Of a stretch of 63,717 nucleotides of DNA, positions 27,007 to 36,946 are shown piece by piece. The stretch comes from a virus. Lineage: Duplodnaviria > Caudoviricetes. A program made the translations under genes and the position numbers. How positions within the stretch are numbered: position 1 is the first letter of the stretch; the number at the start of each line of letters is the position of its first letter. The notes below the pieces were generated by a model. The model was not told the origin of the DNA. It did no database searches and was given only the letters and a program-made list of their open reading frames with translations. The stretch is from IMG/VR virus record IMGVR_UViG_3300030376_004081, positions 1-63,717 of that record. One strand, 5' to 3'.

Positions 27007-27160
27007 GGTCAAAATCCAAAATGCGATTTTTTGTTCGCTTATTTTAAATTTAATAGACCTAAATGAGAATATTTGCCTTTATATGCAAAACTGAAATTGT
27101 TTTTGTGCCATTTTCATATGAAAAAATACCTATCCAAGAATCTAGTTAAATTCTATGTAA

Positions 27161-28432
27161 TCATAGAATTAAGCCCTGTAATTGCAAAGCGTCAATTAAA
27201 TCATTTAACTTGGTTGAAATAGTCATAATTTCCTGTTCAAGAATACTCATATAATTATCTACATTAGGCTCAAATCCAGGATTTGCGCTAGGGTCTACCG
27301 CAGGTCGGCCAAAAGCAGCAGGATTGGGAGCAAAAGAACCATTACCTACATTTGGTCTAGCAACAGGAGTTGTACCATAAAAACCAACCGTTGTACCATT
27401 ATGGTCTAAAGCATTACCAATTATAACATCACCGCTTGAGCGAATATTTCCTGAAACAGAAAATTTCTCAGCAGGGGTAGCAGTTCCAATTCCTACATTC
27501 GCTGCATTACCAAGTATTCGCATAACTTCGGTATCTGCTCCGCCATCATTAACTTTGAAAATCATGTCATTATCTTGATTTGTATTTTTAATAACTACAT
27601 CGTTAGAAGAAACAGATAATTCTAAATCACTATCAACTGTTAAAGTTTTACCACTAGCAATACTCACATCACCGCTTAAAGCCAAAGTTGCTTCTCCCTC
27701 AACGGCAGAAATAGCATTAGCATCAGAATAAAGAGAAGTTTGAGCAACAAAGGATAATTGTCCTCCACCATCTGTTTTTAAAACTTGATTTGCTCCTCCA
27801 TCAGCAATAGGCCAGTTTAATCCATCAAGAATGATTTTGCCGCTTCCATTAGGAGTAATTCTAATATCACTATTTGTTGTAGTAGTAACAATATCAATTC
27901 CTTGACCAGATGAACCAGTAGGAGCAGTAATTTTTCCTTCTTCAATATATGCTGTGCTACTATTATTTTGACCTATACTTACTGAGTTTTCAGTCTTGTC
28001 CAAAGTAAGATATTGTAATTGCATTGGATTGCTTCCAGTATGCACTAAAACCCCAATAATAGTATCTCCTGCGGTAATAGAAGGAGTTTTACCTCTAACA
28101 GTATTTAATCTCCTAGTCACATTTCCACTAGCAGGTGCAACTAATAAAGCATAAGTATTGCCTGTTCCTGAACCAGCAGATATAGTCAAAGTATCACCAG
28201 TAATGGTGACTAATTTTCCATCTCGGAAAATCTTTCCATCAGCAATATCTACACTTGTAGCACTTATATTTGTAGCATTAAAACCACTTACTGCAAAGTT
28301 TTGTCCTAAACCATCTGCTAAAGCCTTAATAATTCCCACATGGGGAAAATCTTCATCGTCTCTAATATCGTTTAAACTGCCGCCTGTTCCCATCTCGGAA
28401 TATTTGTTCGGATTATTTACCATTTCACTCAA
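27161..28432 (-). CDS. Tail fibre-like protein
   Basis: LNWPIADGGANQVLKTDGGGQLSF and VGIGTATPAEKFSVSGNI fibre motifs; C-terminal coiled coil; last gene of the tail module. Confidence 0.7.
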   Translation of the reverse strand: MSEMVNNPNKYSEMGTGGSLNDIRDDEDFPHVGIIKALADGLGQNFAVSGFNATNISATSVDIADGKIFRDGKLVTITGDTLTISAGSGTGNTYALLVAPASGNVTRRLNTVRGKTPSITAGDTIIGVLVHTGSNPMQLQYLTLDKTENSVSIGQNNSSTAYIEEGKITAPTGSSGQGIDIVTTTTNSDIRITPNGSGKIILDGLNWPIADGGANQVLKTDGGGQLSFVAQTSLYSDANAISAVEGEATLALSGDVSIASGKTLTVDSDLELSVSSNDVVIKNTNQDNDMIFKVNDGGADTEVMRILGNAANVGIGTATPAEKFSVSGNIRSSGDVIIGNALDHNGTTVGFYGTTPVARPNVGNGSFAPNPAAFGRPAVDPSANPGFEPNVDNYMSILEQEIMTISTKLNDLIDALQLQGLIL

Positions 28433-28772
28433 CCTCCACTAAAATAAAAATTTCAAGAGTATCTGTTGTTGCTATTGGGCCAATTCCATCAAAATTAATT
28501 CTTTGCAGTAATTGATTACTGCTTGTTAAAAGACCTGCTTCACGAATAACTTTTCCATCAATATCGCTGCCTGAAACAGTAATTTTAAATTCAACTACAT
28601 TTAAGTTTGATTCGGATTCTACTAATACTGCCTGTGAAGTAGATAAGCCTAAAGCAACATCTAAAGAAGTTGCGGTAGGATTTGTAGAATTGCCTCCTAA
28701 ACCTAAATCAGCCTTTGCTACTTGGGTTTGAATATTATCAACAATTAATTCTCTTAATTTATCCACTATCAT
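28425..28772 (-). CDS. Tail tip / fibre-attachment protein
   Basis: LGLGG...IREAGLL pattern like tail-collar domains; gene position. Confidence 0.55.
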   Translation of the reverse strand: MIVDKLRELIVDNIQTQVAKADLGLGGNSTNPTATSLDVALGLSTSQAVLVESESNLNVVEFKITVSGSDIDGKVIREAGLLTSSNQLLQRINFDGIGPIATTDTLEIFILVEVE

Positions 28773-31700
28773 ACTAAATCCTCATCAATTAAATTAGTGT
28801 AGGTAATCGCTCCACCTGCAAAGCCGAATGGGGTTGTTGCCGTGTTTAGTGCTGTGCCGAAGCCGAACTTAAAGCCACCGCTTGCCGTTCTTGTTCTCAC
28901 TAATAACTTCAATTCGTTAATATTAACCTTATCTAAAAAGTTATACCCTAATTCATTAGTATCGGTATTTTTACTTCTTAACGCTGCTTTATTCTCTCTA
29001 TTATTCAAAAACAGTTCCGAGAAAATATCTGCTAAATCTTTACTATATCTGCCTAACTCTAGTTTAACAAAACCACTTAGTTGATGTTCCATTTGAAGAA
29101 CAACATATTCTCGCATTTCAATATTTTCTCTTGTTATTTCAACATGAATAATATCACCGACTCTTAGTTGATTTATACCCCTATTATTTAAAGTAATGGA
29201 TAGTTTCTGATTTAAATTAGAATGTAGCCTAATAAGAGAAGTTGCTCTTTTTTCTACTTCTTGTTTAGAACCTAGAGTATTATCTACTACTTCAAGTGTT
29301 TTTCTTCCTCTTTTTTGTATAGAACGAATATCTTTACGAATGGCTTTGTGCGAAGAACCGTAGACTATAACTTCATTATAGAAATCAAAAACAGTTGAAA
29401 CCTTTTCAAAGTCAAAAATATAATAATCACCGCTATCATCTATTACAATATCTGTGTGGTGTTCAGTAGCCTCTTTTAATTTAACTTTAAATACTCCATT
29501 TTCTTCAATTAATTTTAAGTCTTTTCTTTCTAAGATAAACCTTAGTGCTGAATATAAATCAACTCCTTGATAATTAGGTGCTAAGAAAATAGGATTATCT
29601 GTCGTTGGTAATTCAAATTCAATACCTTCCTGTTCAAGAAGTTCATTGATTAAATCATTCCCTTCTAACCCCAATTGAACAGTTGCACCAATACAAGCCC
29701 GTGTAGGTTTAATTTTTAATTCCTCTTTTGAATTTACTGTAAATGGTTCAGAAATAGAAACAACTCCCTTTGCTGAAAGCATTTTATCAAAAATTATCTT
29801 TACGGGTTCTAGATTATTAACAATTGCAATGTTTCTTTTTTGTCCATTTTCTCCATCACTTACATAGAAGGTATATGTTTTTTCTTCTAAATACTCCTGA
29901 ATAAAATCATTTCCATCTTTAATTACCAAGTCTACTTCGGTACTTTGTCTATCAGTATCTAATATAACAAACATTGAACCAACTCCTTCATCTATTGTTC
30001 TTAAATTAGAATCCAAGCGTCCTCCTTCTCTATAAAAATATGAACTTTTTATATCATAGGTTTCATTTTTGTTGGCTACTTTGGTATATTGAGGCAGTAT
30101 GGTATTTAACATAATTTCTGTCGGCATAAAATCATAAAGACAAACTTCATTGGGTTGAAGTATTCTAAATGCCCTATCATTAGGTAATGCCTTATCAGTA
30201 ATTAAATGATGAACGAAAGGATTTGATTCATCTATTTCATGTGAAATAACATAGGCTAAGTCGTTTGGCTCTAATCCATGAGAATTTTTACGAAGATATT
30301 CTTCTCCTGAAAAAACATTATTTTGGGAAATATCTTTTCCATCTTCACTTGCTAAATAACACCCTGTTAAATCTATAAATTCTAACCAGTCATTATTACC
30401 ATTCACAGTAATTTCATTATGTATTACATCTCCATTAGAAGATTTAAGAGTAGTTACTTGTGTTCTAATTCCTGATTCAATCCAAAGTCTTGGTTTAAAC
30501 ACCATATACGCTCCATCTGCTGCTTTTATAGAATCACCTGATGCAGAAGAATCGGAAGCAACTGACACCACCGTTGATTCATAATTTTTAAAGCCGTAAT
30601 CAGCAGGGGCTTTTAGAACTAAGTGCGTTAATTCATCTCCCCCTGAAGTGTCCATTAAATCTGAAGTATTAGCAGTAATAACTTGTGAAGTATTTCCTTC
30701 AACTACTGGGTATTTTCCTCCTTGTTCAATGCTAAATCTATCAAGCATTACTGCAATCATTCCAGCATGGGCTTTATTGTCTGCTATTGCTTTAATAACT
30801 TTAGAATCAAAATTTTCGGCATTTCCGATTTCACTTTGAGCATTTGAGGTTCCCGCTATTAAAGAAATAGGCAAATATATTTCTTGGTTAGTCACACTAA
30901 CATCATTATTTGAATTAGCAATACGAATACGGTCATTTGCGCCTTTTCCATAATTTGAATCTTCAGGAACAACTATGCCTTTAAGTGGATGAAGTGAATA
31001 TTGTGAATGATTATGTGCAGTATCTCTAACATTTCTTCCAAGAATTGAATGTTCTAAAGCATCAACTTCAATTTTAACACCACTTGTAGCCCCAGTTCCA
31101 TCATCATTAGTTAGTTTACCAGCAGCAGTTAAGGTATAATTTGGTGCTGAACCTGATGCTATCTCTCCAATAAAATTACCTTTACTGTCGTATATTTTAT
31201 CCCCTGCCGTTAAAGAAGTAGAACAAGTTAATGAAGTTCCACTAACAGCAATAGTGCTAATACTAGTAATTTGATAAGCCTTTAAATCATCAATACCATT
31301 ATTAACATATTTTCTAAGTATTGGTTTTTCAGGATTAATCGGGTTAAATAAACAATCAACACAAACTTCTGTTAATCGCATTAAACTAAATCTTTTAAGA
31401 GTAGAAATATCTACATCGGTTGAAAAAGATATATTTTGAAAATTTGAGTCCTTTAATTGGTTTATTGCTCCACCATCAACTGTGGTATCTGTTTTTCTTG
31501 TATTTTCTATTAACATCATATTATAGTTATTGATATTTTTAGTCATAGCATTTGAAGTCTGGTGCATCAGGCTATCTTTTCTTAATGAAGAATATGGTAA
31601 ATTATCACTTGTAATGTATAGAAATTTTCTACTTGCTGAAGCATCAAAATCATGTAAATAGTTTAATCTTTTAGAAATAACAGGAGTAGTAGTTAAAATA

Positions 31701-34700
31701 AAGTTTTTAAATACATTATGATAAAACCTAGAGAACATATTAGAACCATAAGGCCCAGTATTTCCTCTTTGTTGTAAAGGCAAAACTCTATGAGAAGAGT
31801 CTGTTTTTCCGTAATTAACAATATTGCTAGTAGAAATATTAGGATTAATTCTATAAGTAGAAACATGGTAATTTAGTAATGACTTATTATGTTCATACCA
31901 ATTAATTATATTATCCGTTGAACGATGAAAAGAATTATATGGACTAAAATTACCATTAGCCAAATAGATTACTTTGTAATACATTTGTCCGAACTTATTG
32001 TTGAAGTCTTTTGTTCCTGTTGTGTTTTCAACATTTAGTGGAACTGCACCAGTTGTTGTTGTTTCTGGATGAGGAGAACAAAGAATTTTACCGCCCCAAA
32101 GATGAGAACCATTTACTACACCAATATCATGTATTTTTCTTGTTCCTTTAACAATAGTTGCACCAGTAGATGTGGTTATTGAACTATCTAAGTATATATC
32201 AACTTGGATGCCTCCACTATCAGTTTGAACTGATTTTTTAATAATCTTTCCTATAAACTCATAATACTTAACTGCTGACCCTCTATAAGTATGAGATGAA
32301 CTGAGTACTTCTTTATATAATGCATCTCCTATTTCTAAATCATATGCAGCAGCAACAGAAAATCCTACCCTACTAGTAGACAAAGTATTATTTCCGCCAA
32401 TAGTTGTAAATTCATATAAATCATTATTAGGGTCAGAAAATACATCAGCACCTAAATTATTGGGTTCAATGGGTGCTCCCATAGTAATAGGAACATATGG
32501 GGCTAATTCAATAACTGTATCATTATCTTTTTGGGTTGAACCTACAACTTCAAAATCAATTAAAGTATTTACAGTATCAAATGAAGCAGGTGGCGAAGAA
32601 AAGGTTCTACTCCCTGAAAGAGTACCAGTTGTAGCGGCACTTAAAGTAATTTCAGTATTTGAATTAATACCAGCAATAGTTGTTCCTGCCGCTAAATCAT
32701 GTCCACTAACAGTTAATCCTACATATAGAGCAGTTGCATCTTGAACCGTTAATGTTGTTGAACCCGAAGAAGCAGAACAAGTTTGAGATACTGTTGTAAA
32801 ATGTTCATCATGTAATTTTGCTTGGAAATAGTTATCTTTATCAATACTAGAAGGAGAATTTATTGAATATCCTATTGCATCGGGATGATGATTAGAACTA
32901 GAAAGAACTAAAGTTTCTGTATCAGTTCCATCTGTCATATCTACTTTTGCTCCTGAAGTAAAAATAATTCCTTTGTTAGCAGAACCAATTAAAGAAGAAG
33001 GTTTATTTTTAGCCATATGTGAAGAACTTAACGCTTTATTTAGAACATAATTCTTTTCTATGTTCATATAAATTGCTTCACTATTTAGTTCTGTCAAAGC
33101 AGGAGTAATAATTAATTTTCTATTTACTGATGCATGAACAGATAATGAGGTAACTTCTCCAATATATCCATTAGCACCATATAATTTAGTTCCCACAACA
33201 GGGTAATTATCAAAAAATTGAACACCAGCAACAATACCAGTATCAATTATAGTATCTTTTAATGCAACTGTGTATGTGTTTCCTGCTTTAATGTTGCCCA
33301 ATTTGTTATAAGGGCTATTAGAAGAGTAAATAATATCTTCTGTAAATAATGTATTTAGATTAATAATAGGAGAAAGTAATTTATTAAACTTATCTCTACC
33401 CTCTAAAGTCATAATTGATTGACTCTCTTCTTTTCTAGTCTCAATATTTTCAACTTCTCCATCAAATCTTTGTAAGTAAATCAAATATTCACCATTCATA
33501 TACCTTAGTGTTTCATCATTATAACTAGCATTAGGGAAAGATAAAGTAATCATTGATTTTTCCCCATCACAAGCAGTAATTTCTGCAAATAAGCCTTCAT
33601 TGTTTAATGAAGAAAAAGCCACAAATAACTTATTGAACCGACCAGTTATGAGCCGAGTATCAAGCATAAGTGTGTTGTCAATTGGGTTATATGCTCGCCT
33701 GTGTAGCACATCTCCGCTTGAAGGACTAACGACCTGTGCCGTGAAAGCCCCGTCATTTAAGCCTCTTGCATAGGGGTTTGTGGACGCTTCTACGGTAATC
33801 TCTTGGGTGTTTCCCGAAGGGGCGGCAATAGCATTAATGATTAAAATTTTATCGCTCAATTTAATCTCATCTTTCACATTTAAAACATCTCTTAAATCAT
33901 AACCAACATTAAAGGTATATGTGTTAGAAGAGGCTGAACTGAATCTTGCATCTAAAGCAAAAAATTCTGCTAAGTCTGCTCTATGAATTAAATTTCTTAC
34001 TCTATATGGAGTAAATTCTTTTACTTTCTTTAGCATTATTCTTCCATTATCAACAATAGAAGTCTTAGAAAGGCCTCCTTTACCATCAATAGATTCAGTA
34101 TTGTTATGTTCATAAACATTGTATAGTAAGTTTGCTTTTGTTGGGGAGAATCCATAATGTAAATATCTTTTTGTCCCACCATAAGTACGAGTAGAAATAT
34201 CATCATTAATATCTCTTGTCGCATTAGGAAACATTTCATTATAATCATTAGTATCAGCGGTAATTGTTCCTCCTTCATTAATAGCGATTGAACCACTAAT
34301 TGTATCATCTAATGTTCTTAATTTATCTGTTAAAGTGACCCTATGTGTGAATTTGCTATAATCAATTACAACTTTTCCAAAATCTTGAACTGTTCTAAAA
34401 ACTACTGCGTCTGTTGTATTAAATGCAGGAATACTAAAATGCTCCCCAACAGACCTTTGCATACAGTAATATTTAGCATTATGGTCTAATTGATTCTTTT
34501 TATCTAAGTAATCATTAAAGAAGTAAAATAAAGGTCTAGCACAACTTAAGTTAGTGCGGTCATCATTTTTAATACCCGCAGAAAAAGCAACAATTTTGGT
34601 GTCTGATTTTGCTGGCCCTTTAATTATTAAAAATTGAGTTCCTACTGGAATTTCATTACCTAATTTTGGCTCAAACTCAAAGGCATCTCCTTCTTCATCT

Positions 34701-35059
34701 TCTGTTAAAACTTCTGTAATTCTAGCAAAATGATGTTTCTTATAATCATCCGAATAAACTAAAACAAAATAGTTATAAGTACTAATATCGGAATTAGAAG
34801 AATTTAATTTTACACCTTCTTGTGTTAAAGCATCGTAGCACTTAATTCTAAAACCCTTTGTAGTATTTACGTTTTTCATATTTCTAAATAGAGTAACTAA
34901 ACTTATACCGTCTGGATTATGCCAATGAGGAGTAAAGGTTGTACTAATCGCATCAGTAGCAATAGCAGTAAATATTCTATCACTTGCTCCACTATCACCA
35001 AATAGAGGATTGGTTGGTGCATCAGCCTTAGCACTTGAAGGGTTTAAATCAACAACCAT
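28769..35059 (-). CDS. Large tail tip / central fibre protein (2096 aa)
   Basis: Beta-rich, S/T/G-rich; C-terminal LRVGDIIHV...YVVLQMEH hub-like region; lies downstream of the tape measure gene. Confidence 0.75.
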   Translation of the reverse strand: MVVDLNPSSAKADAPTNPLFGDSGASDRIFTAIATDAISTTFTPHWHNPDGISLVTLFRNMKNVNTTKGFRIKCYDALTQEGVKLNSSNSDISTYNYFVLVYSDDYKKHHFARITEVLTEDEEGDAFEFEPKLGNEIPVGTQFLIIKGPAKSDTKIVAFSAGIKNDDRTNLSCARPLFYFFNDYLDKKNQLDHNAKYYCMQRSVGEHFSIPAFNTTDAVVFRTVQDFGKVVIDYSKFTHRVTLTDKLRTLDDTISGSIAINEGGTITADTNDYNEMFPNATRDINDDISTRTYGGTKRYLHYGFSPTKANLLYNVYEHNNTESIDGKGGLSKTSIVDNGRIMLKKVKEFTPYRVRNLIHRADLAEFFALDARFSSASSNTYTFNVGYDLRDVLNVKDEIKLSDKILIINAIAAPSGNTQEITVEASTNPYARGLNDGAFTAQVVSPSSGDVLHRRAYNPIDNTLMLDTRLITGRFNKLFVAFSSLNNEGLFAEITACDGEKSMITLSFPNASYNDETLRYMNGEYLIYLQRFDGEVENIETRKEESQSIMTLEGRDKFNKLLSPIINLNTLFTEDIIYSSNSPYNKLGNIKAGNTYTVALKDTIIDTGIVAGVQFFDNYPVVGTKLYGANGYIGEVTSLSVHASVNRKLIITPALTELNSEAIYMNIEKNYVLNKALSSSHMAKNKPSSLIGSANKGIIFTSGAKVDMTDGTDTETLVLSSSNHHPDAIGYSINSPSSIDKDNYFQAKLHDEHFTTVSQTCSASSGSTTLTVQDATALYVGLTVSGHDLAAGTTIAGINSNTEITLSAATTGTLSGSRTFSSPPASFDTVNTLIDFEVVGSTQKDNDTVIELAPYVPITMGAPIEPNNLGADVFSDPNNDLYEFTTIGGNNTLSTSRVGFSVAAAYDLEIGDALYKEVLSSSHTYRGSAVKYYEFIGKIIKKSVQTDSGGIQVDIYLDSSITTSTGATIVKGTRKIHDIGVVNGSHLWGGKILCSPHPETTTTGAVPLNVENTTGTKDFNNKFGQMYYKVIYLANGNFSPYNSFHRSTDNIINWYEHNKSLLNYHVSTYRINPNISTSNIVNYGKTDSSHRVLPLQQRGNTGPYGSNMFSRFYHNVFKNFILTTTPVISKRLNYLHDFDASASRKFLYITSDNLPYSSLRKDSLMHQTSNAMTKNINNYNMMLIENTRKTDTTVDGGAINQLKDSNFQNISFSTDVDISTLKRFSLMRLTEVCVDCLFNPINPEKPILRKYVNNGIDDLKAYQITSISTIAVSGTSLTCSTSLTAGDKIYDSKGNFIGEIASGSAPNYTLTAAGKLTNDDGTGATSGVKIEVDALEHSILGRNVRDTAHNHSQYSLHPLKGIVVPEDSNYGKGANDRIRIANSNNDVSVTNQEIYLPISLIAGTSNAQSEIGNAENFDSKVIKAIADNKAHAGMIAVMLDRFSIEQGGKYPVVEGNTSQVITANTSDLMDTSGGDELTHLVLKAPADYGFKNYESTVVSVASDSSASGDSIKAADGAYMVFKPRLWIESGIRTQVTTLKSSNGDVIHNEITVNGNNDWLEFIDLTGCYLASEDGKDISQNNVFSGEEYLRKNSHGLEPNDLAYVISHEIDESNPFVHHLITDKALPNDRAFRILQPNEVCLYDFMPTEIMLNTILPQYTKVANKNETYDIKSSYFYREGGRLDSNLRTIDEGVGSMFVILDTDRQSTEVDLVIKDGNDFIQEYLEEKTYTFYVSDGENGQKRNIAIVNNLEPVKIIFDKMLSAKGVVSISEPFTVNSKEELKIKPTRACIGATVQLGLEGNDLINELLEQEGIEFELPTTDNPIFLAPNYQGVDLYSALRFILERKDLKLIEENGVFKVKLKEATEHHTDIVIDDSGDYYIFDFEKVSTVFDFYNEVIVYGSSHKAIRKDIRSIQKRGRKTLEVVDNTLGSKQEVEKRATSLIRLHSNLNQKLSITLNNRGINQLRVGDIIHVEITRENIEMREYVVLQMEHQLSGFVKLELGRYSKDLADIFSELFLNNRENKAALRSKNTDTNELGYNFLDKVNINELKLLVRTRTASGGFKFGFGTALNTATTPFGFAGGAITYTNLIDEDLV

Positions 35060-36267
35060 TATTCATCCACCTCTTCAAATCTAAGATATAAAACAGTATT
35101 ATTGTAATTGGGCATTAAGTTAAATAAAGCAGGAAAAGACCTTCTCTTATCATTAGTAATACATAGTTCATGTAATTCTCCCATAAATTGATTATTTGTT
35201 GTAGCGGAATTTGCTCCCGTTGCTCCTCCACCATTCGCCCCAATGTAAAAATCTTCTCCCTCCATAGCAAAAGAATCTGTTTGAGTATGCGTTCCTGCCT
35301 TAACCAAATTACCATTAAAAAATATTAAAATCTGTTTTGCATTATTATCCCAAGAACAAGCAATATGATAAGTGTTATTTATGTATAGTGGGTTTAGTGC
35401 TCTTTTGATATATAATTCAGTATCTGAATCTATGGTAGTAGTGATAGTATCAGTAGTAGTAATTGTTCTCGGAGAAGAACCTGAAAAAGCATTTATTGTT
35501 CCCAAAGAAATAAAAGTAGTTCCTTCTCTCTTAAATAATTCTTGTTTGTCTCCTGCAAAAATAATATCATCTGTACTCGCTAAAGCAGCACTAACTGGAA
35601 TAACTTTTCCTGTATTTGAACCAGTAGCATCACATAACTTCTTATATTTTAGCCTACCATCTTCATCAAAACCACTTAAAGGTCTATTACCTGAAATAGC
35701 ATCAATAGACTCATAAGTGTAGGAATATGATTCATTAGGAATAATTACTTCATCGGAGATAAAGTATTCCATAGCAGCAGAACCTAATTTAATTCCTACT
35801 TTAATTTTATATCTTGCGGGATTATTTTCATTATGTAGGGTGTTATTAACTAAACTAATTTGAAGATTTGTGCTATGAAATATTCTCATTTCATGGTCTA
35901 TTCTGTCGGCTCTTGGTAAATACAGTTCGCTTTCATAATTGTTTTGGGTTCCAGCAGCATAAACAGATTGAAACGGGGCGGGCATTATCTTCGTTGTATC
36001 AGTTGCAGTATTAATTCCAGAACTTCCTAGAAGATTACCTTGTGTTGAGGCTTTATAGACATATCCTCTTTGACTATGAGTTCCATATCCATTAATATCA
36101 TAAGGAGTCAAAACACATTCAAATGTAAAGTTCTCATCTAAATCCCAAATACCATAATTAATATCGCTAGAAGGAATATTATCGGAATAGTCAATAGTTA
36201 AAAATGCATTACACATAACAGGGAAAATTAAAGCCCTTTGTTTTCCAGCGTAAATAGAATATGACAT
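35059..36267 (-). CDS. Concanavalin A-like/LamG-domain tail protein
   Basis: FTFECVL...YHIACSWD...IFFNG...FYIG...FMGELHELCI...LYLRFEE. Confidence 0.78.
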   Translation of the reverse strand: MSYSIYAGKQRALIFPVMCNAFLTIDYSDNIPSSDINYGIWDLDENFTFECVLTPYDINGYGTHSQRGYVYKASTQGNLLGSSGINTATDTTKIMPAPFQSVYAAGTQNNYESELYLPRADRIDHEMRIFHSTNLQISLVNNTLHNENNPARYKIKVGIKLGSAAMEYFISDEVIIPNESYSYTYESIDAISGNRPLSGFDEDGRLKYKKLCDATGSNTGKVIPVSAALASTDDIIFAGDKQELFKREGTTFISLGTINAFSGSSPRTITTTDTITTTIDSDTELYIKRALNPLYINNTYHIACSWDNNAKQILIFFNGNLVKAGTHTQTDSFAMEGEDFYIGANGGGATGANSATTNNQFMGELHELCITNDKRRSFPALFNLMPNYNNTVLYLRFEEVDE

Positions 36268-36276
36268 TTAACCACC

Positions 36277-36930
36277 TCAAGGCAAAACATTTGCTACTGT
36301 AAAATCTAAAGTAAATTCAACTTCAAGAGTTTCTGCTGAAAAAGTAAATCCAAAAGAAGAAACGAATCCCTTTACTCCTTGATAGCCCAATTGTGAAAAA
36401 TTAGCACCAGTATTTGATGTAGGGAAATCTAATGGTATCGGGACATTTCTATTATCTTTTTCTAATGCGCTACCTCTTGCCCTAAACGAAAAAGGTATAT
36501 TTTCATTTGCTGTTCTATTTGCATAATTTTCATCAACTCCTGAAGGCATAAGTAGAACTAATTCATTAATAGCCTGATAAGAAGCAATACCCGTTGAATC
36601 AACACCCGAAGCAATTAATTGAGCAATTTCATGTGCAGTAAATTGTAATTGAACTTCAGTCCCACCGCTTTTAGTGTGTGTTCTTCGTATAATTGTATGT
36701 GGGTGTCCTAAAATAGCGCCACCAATACTAATTCTTTTATTAGACATTCCTAAATCTAAAGCAACTGTTGTAGATTCACCAGTCACTAAACCACTTAAAG
36801 GAATAGGGAAATTAGGAATTGTTTTATCAACACTAATCTGTGCAGAATTTACTCTTAGCGGAATAGTATCAATTTGGCTACTGTTTCCCGAATGAAAGCC
36901 TAACTTAAGATATACATAAAAATCACTCAT
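36277..36930 (-). CDS. Probable distal tail protein
   Basis: Immediately after the tape measure gene; beta-rich; positional inference. Confidence 0.5.
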   Translation of the reverse strand: MSDFYVYLKLGFHSGNSSQIDTIPLRVNSAQISVDKTIPNFPIPLSGLVTGESTTVALDLGMSNKRISIGGAILGHPHTIIRRTHTKSGGTEVQLQFTAHEIAQLIASGVDSTGIASYQAINELVLLMPSGVDENYANRTANENIPFSFRARGSALEKDNRNVPIPLDFPTSNTGANFSQLGYQGVKGFVSSFGFTFSAETLEVEFTLDFTVANVLP

Positions 36931-36946
36931 AATTATCGCCTCAAAT

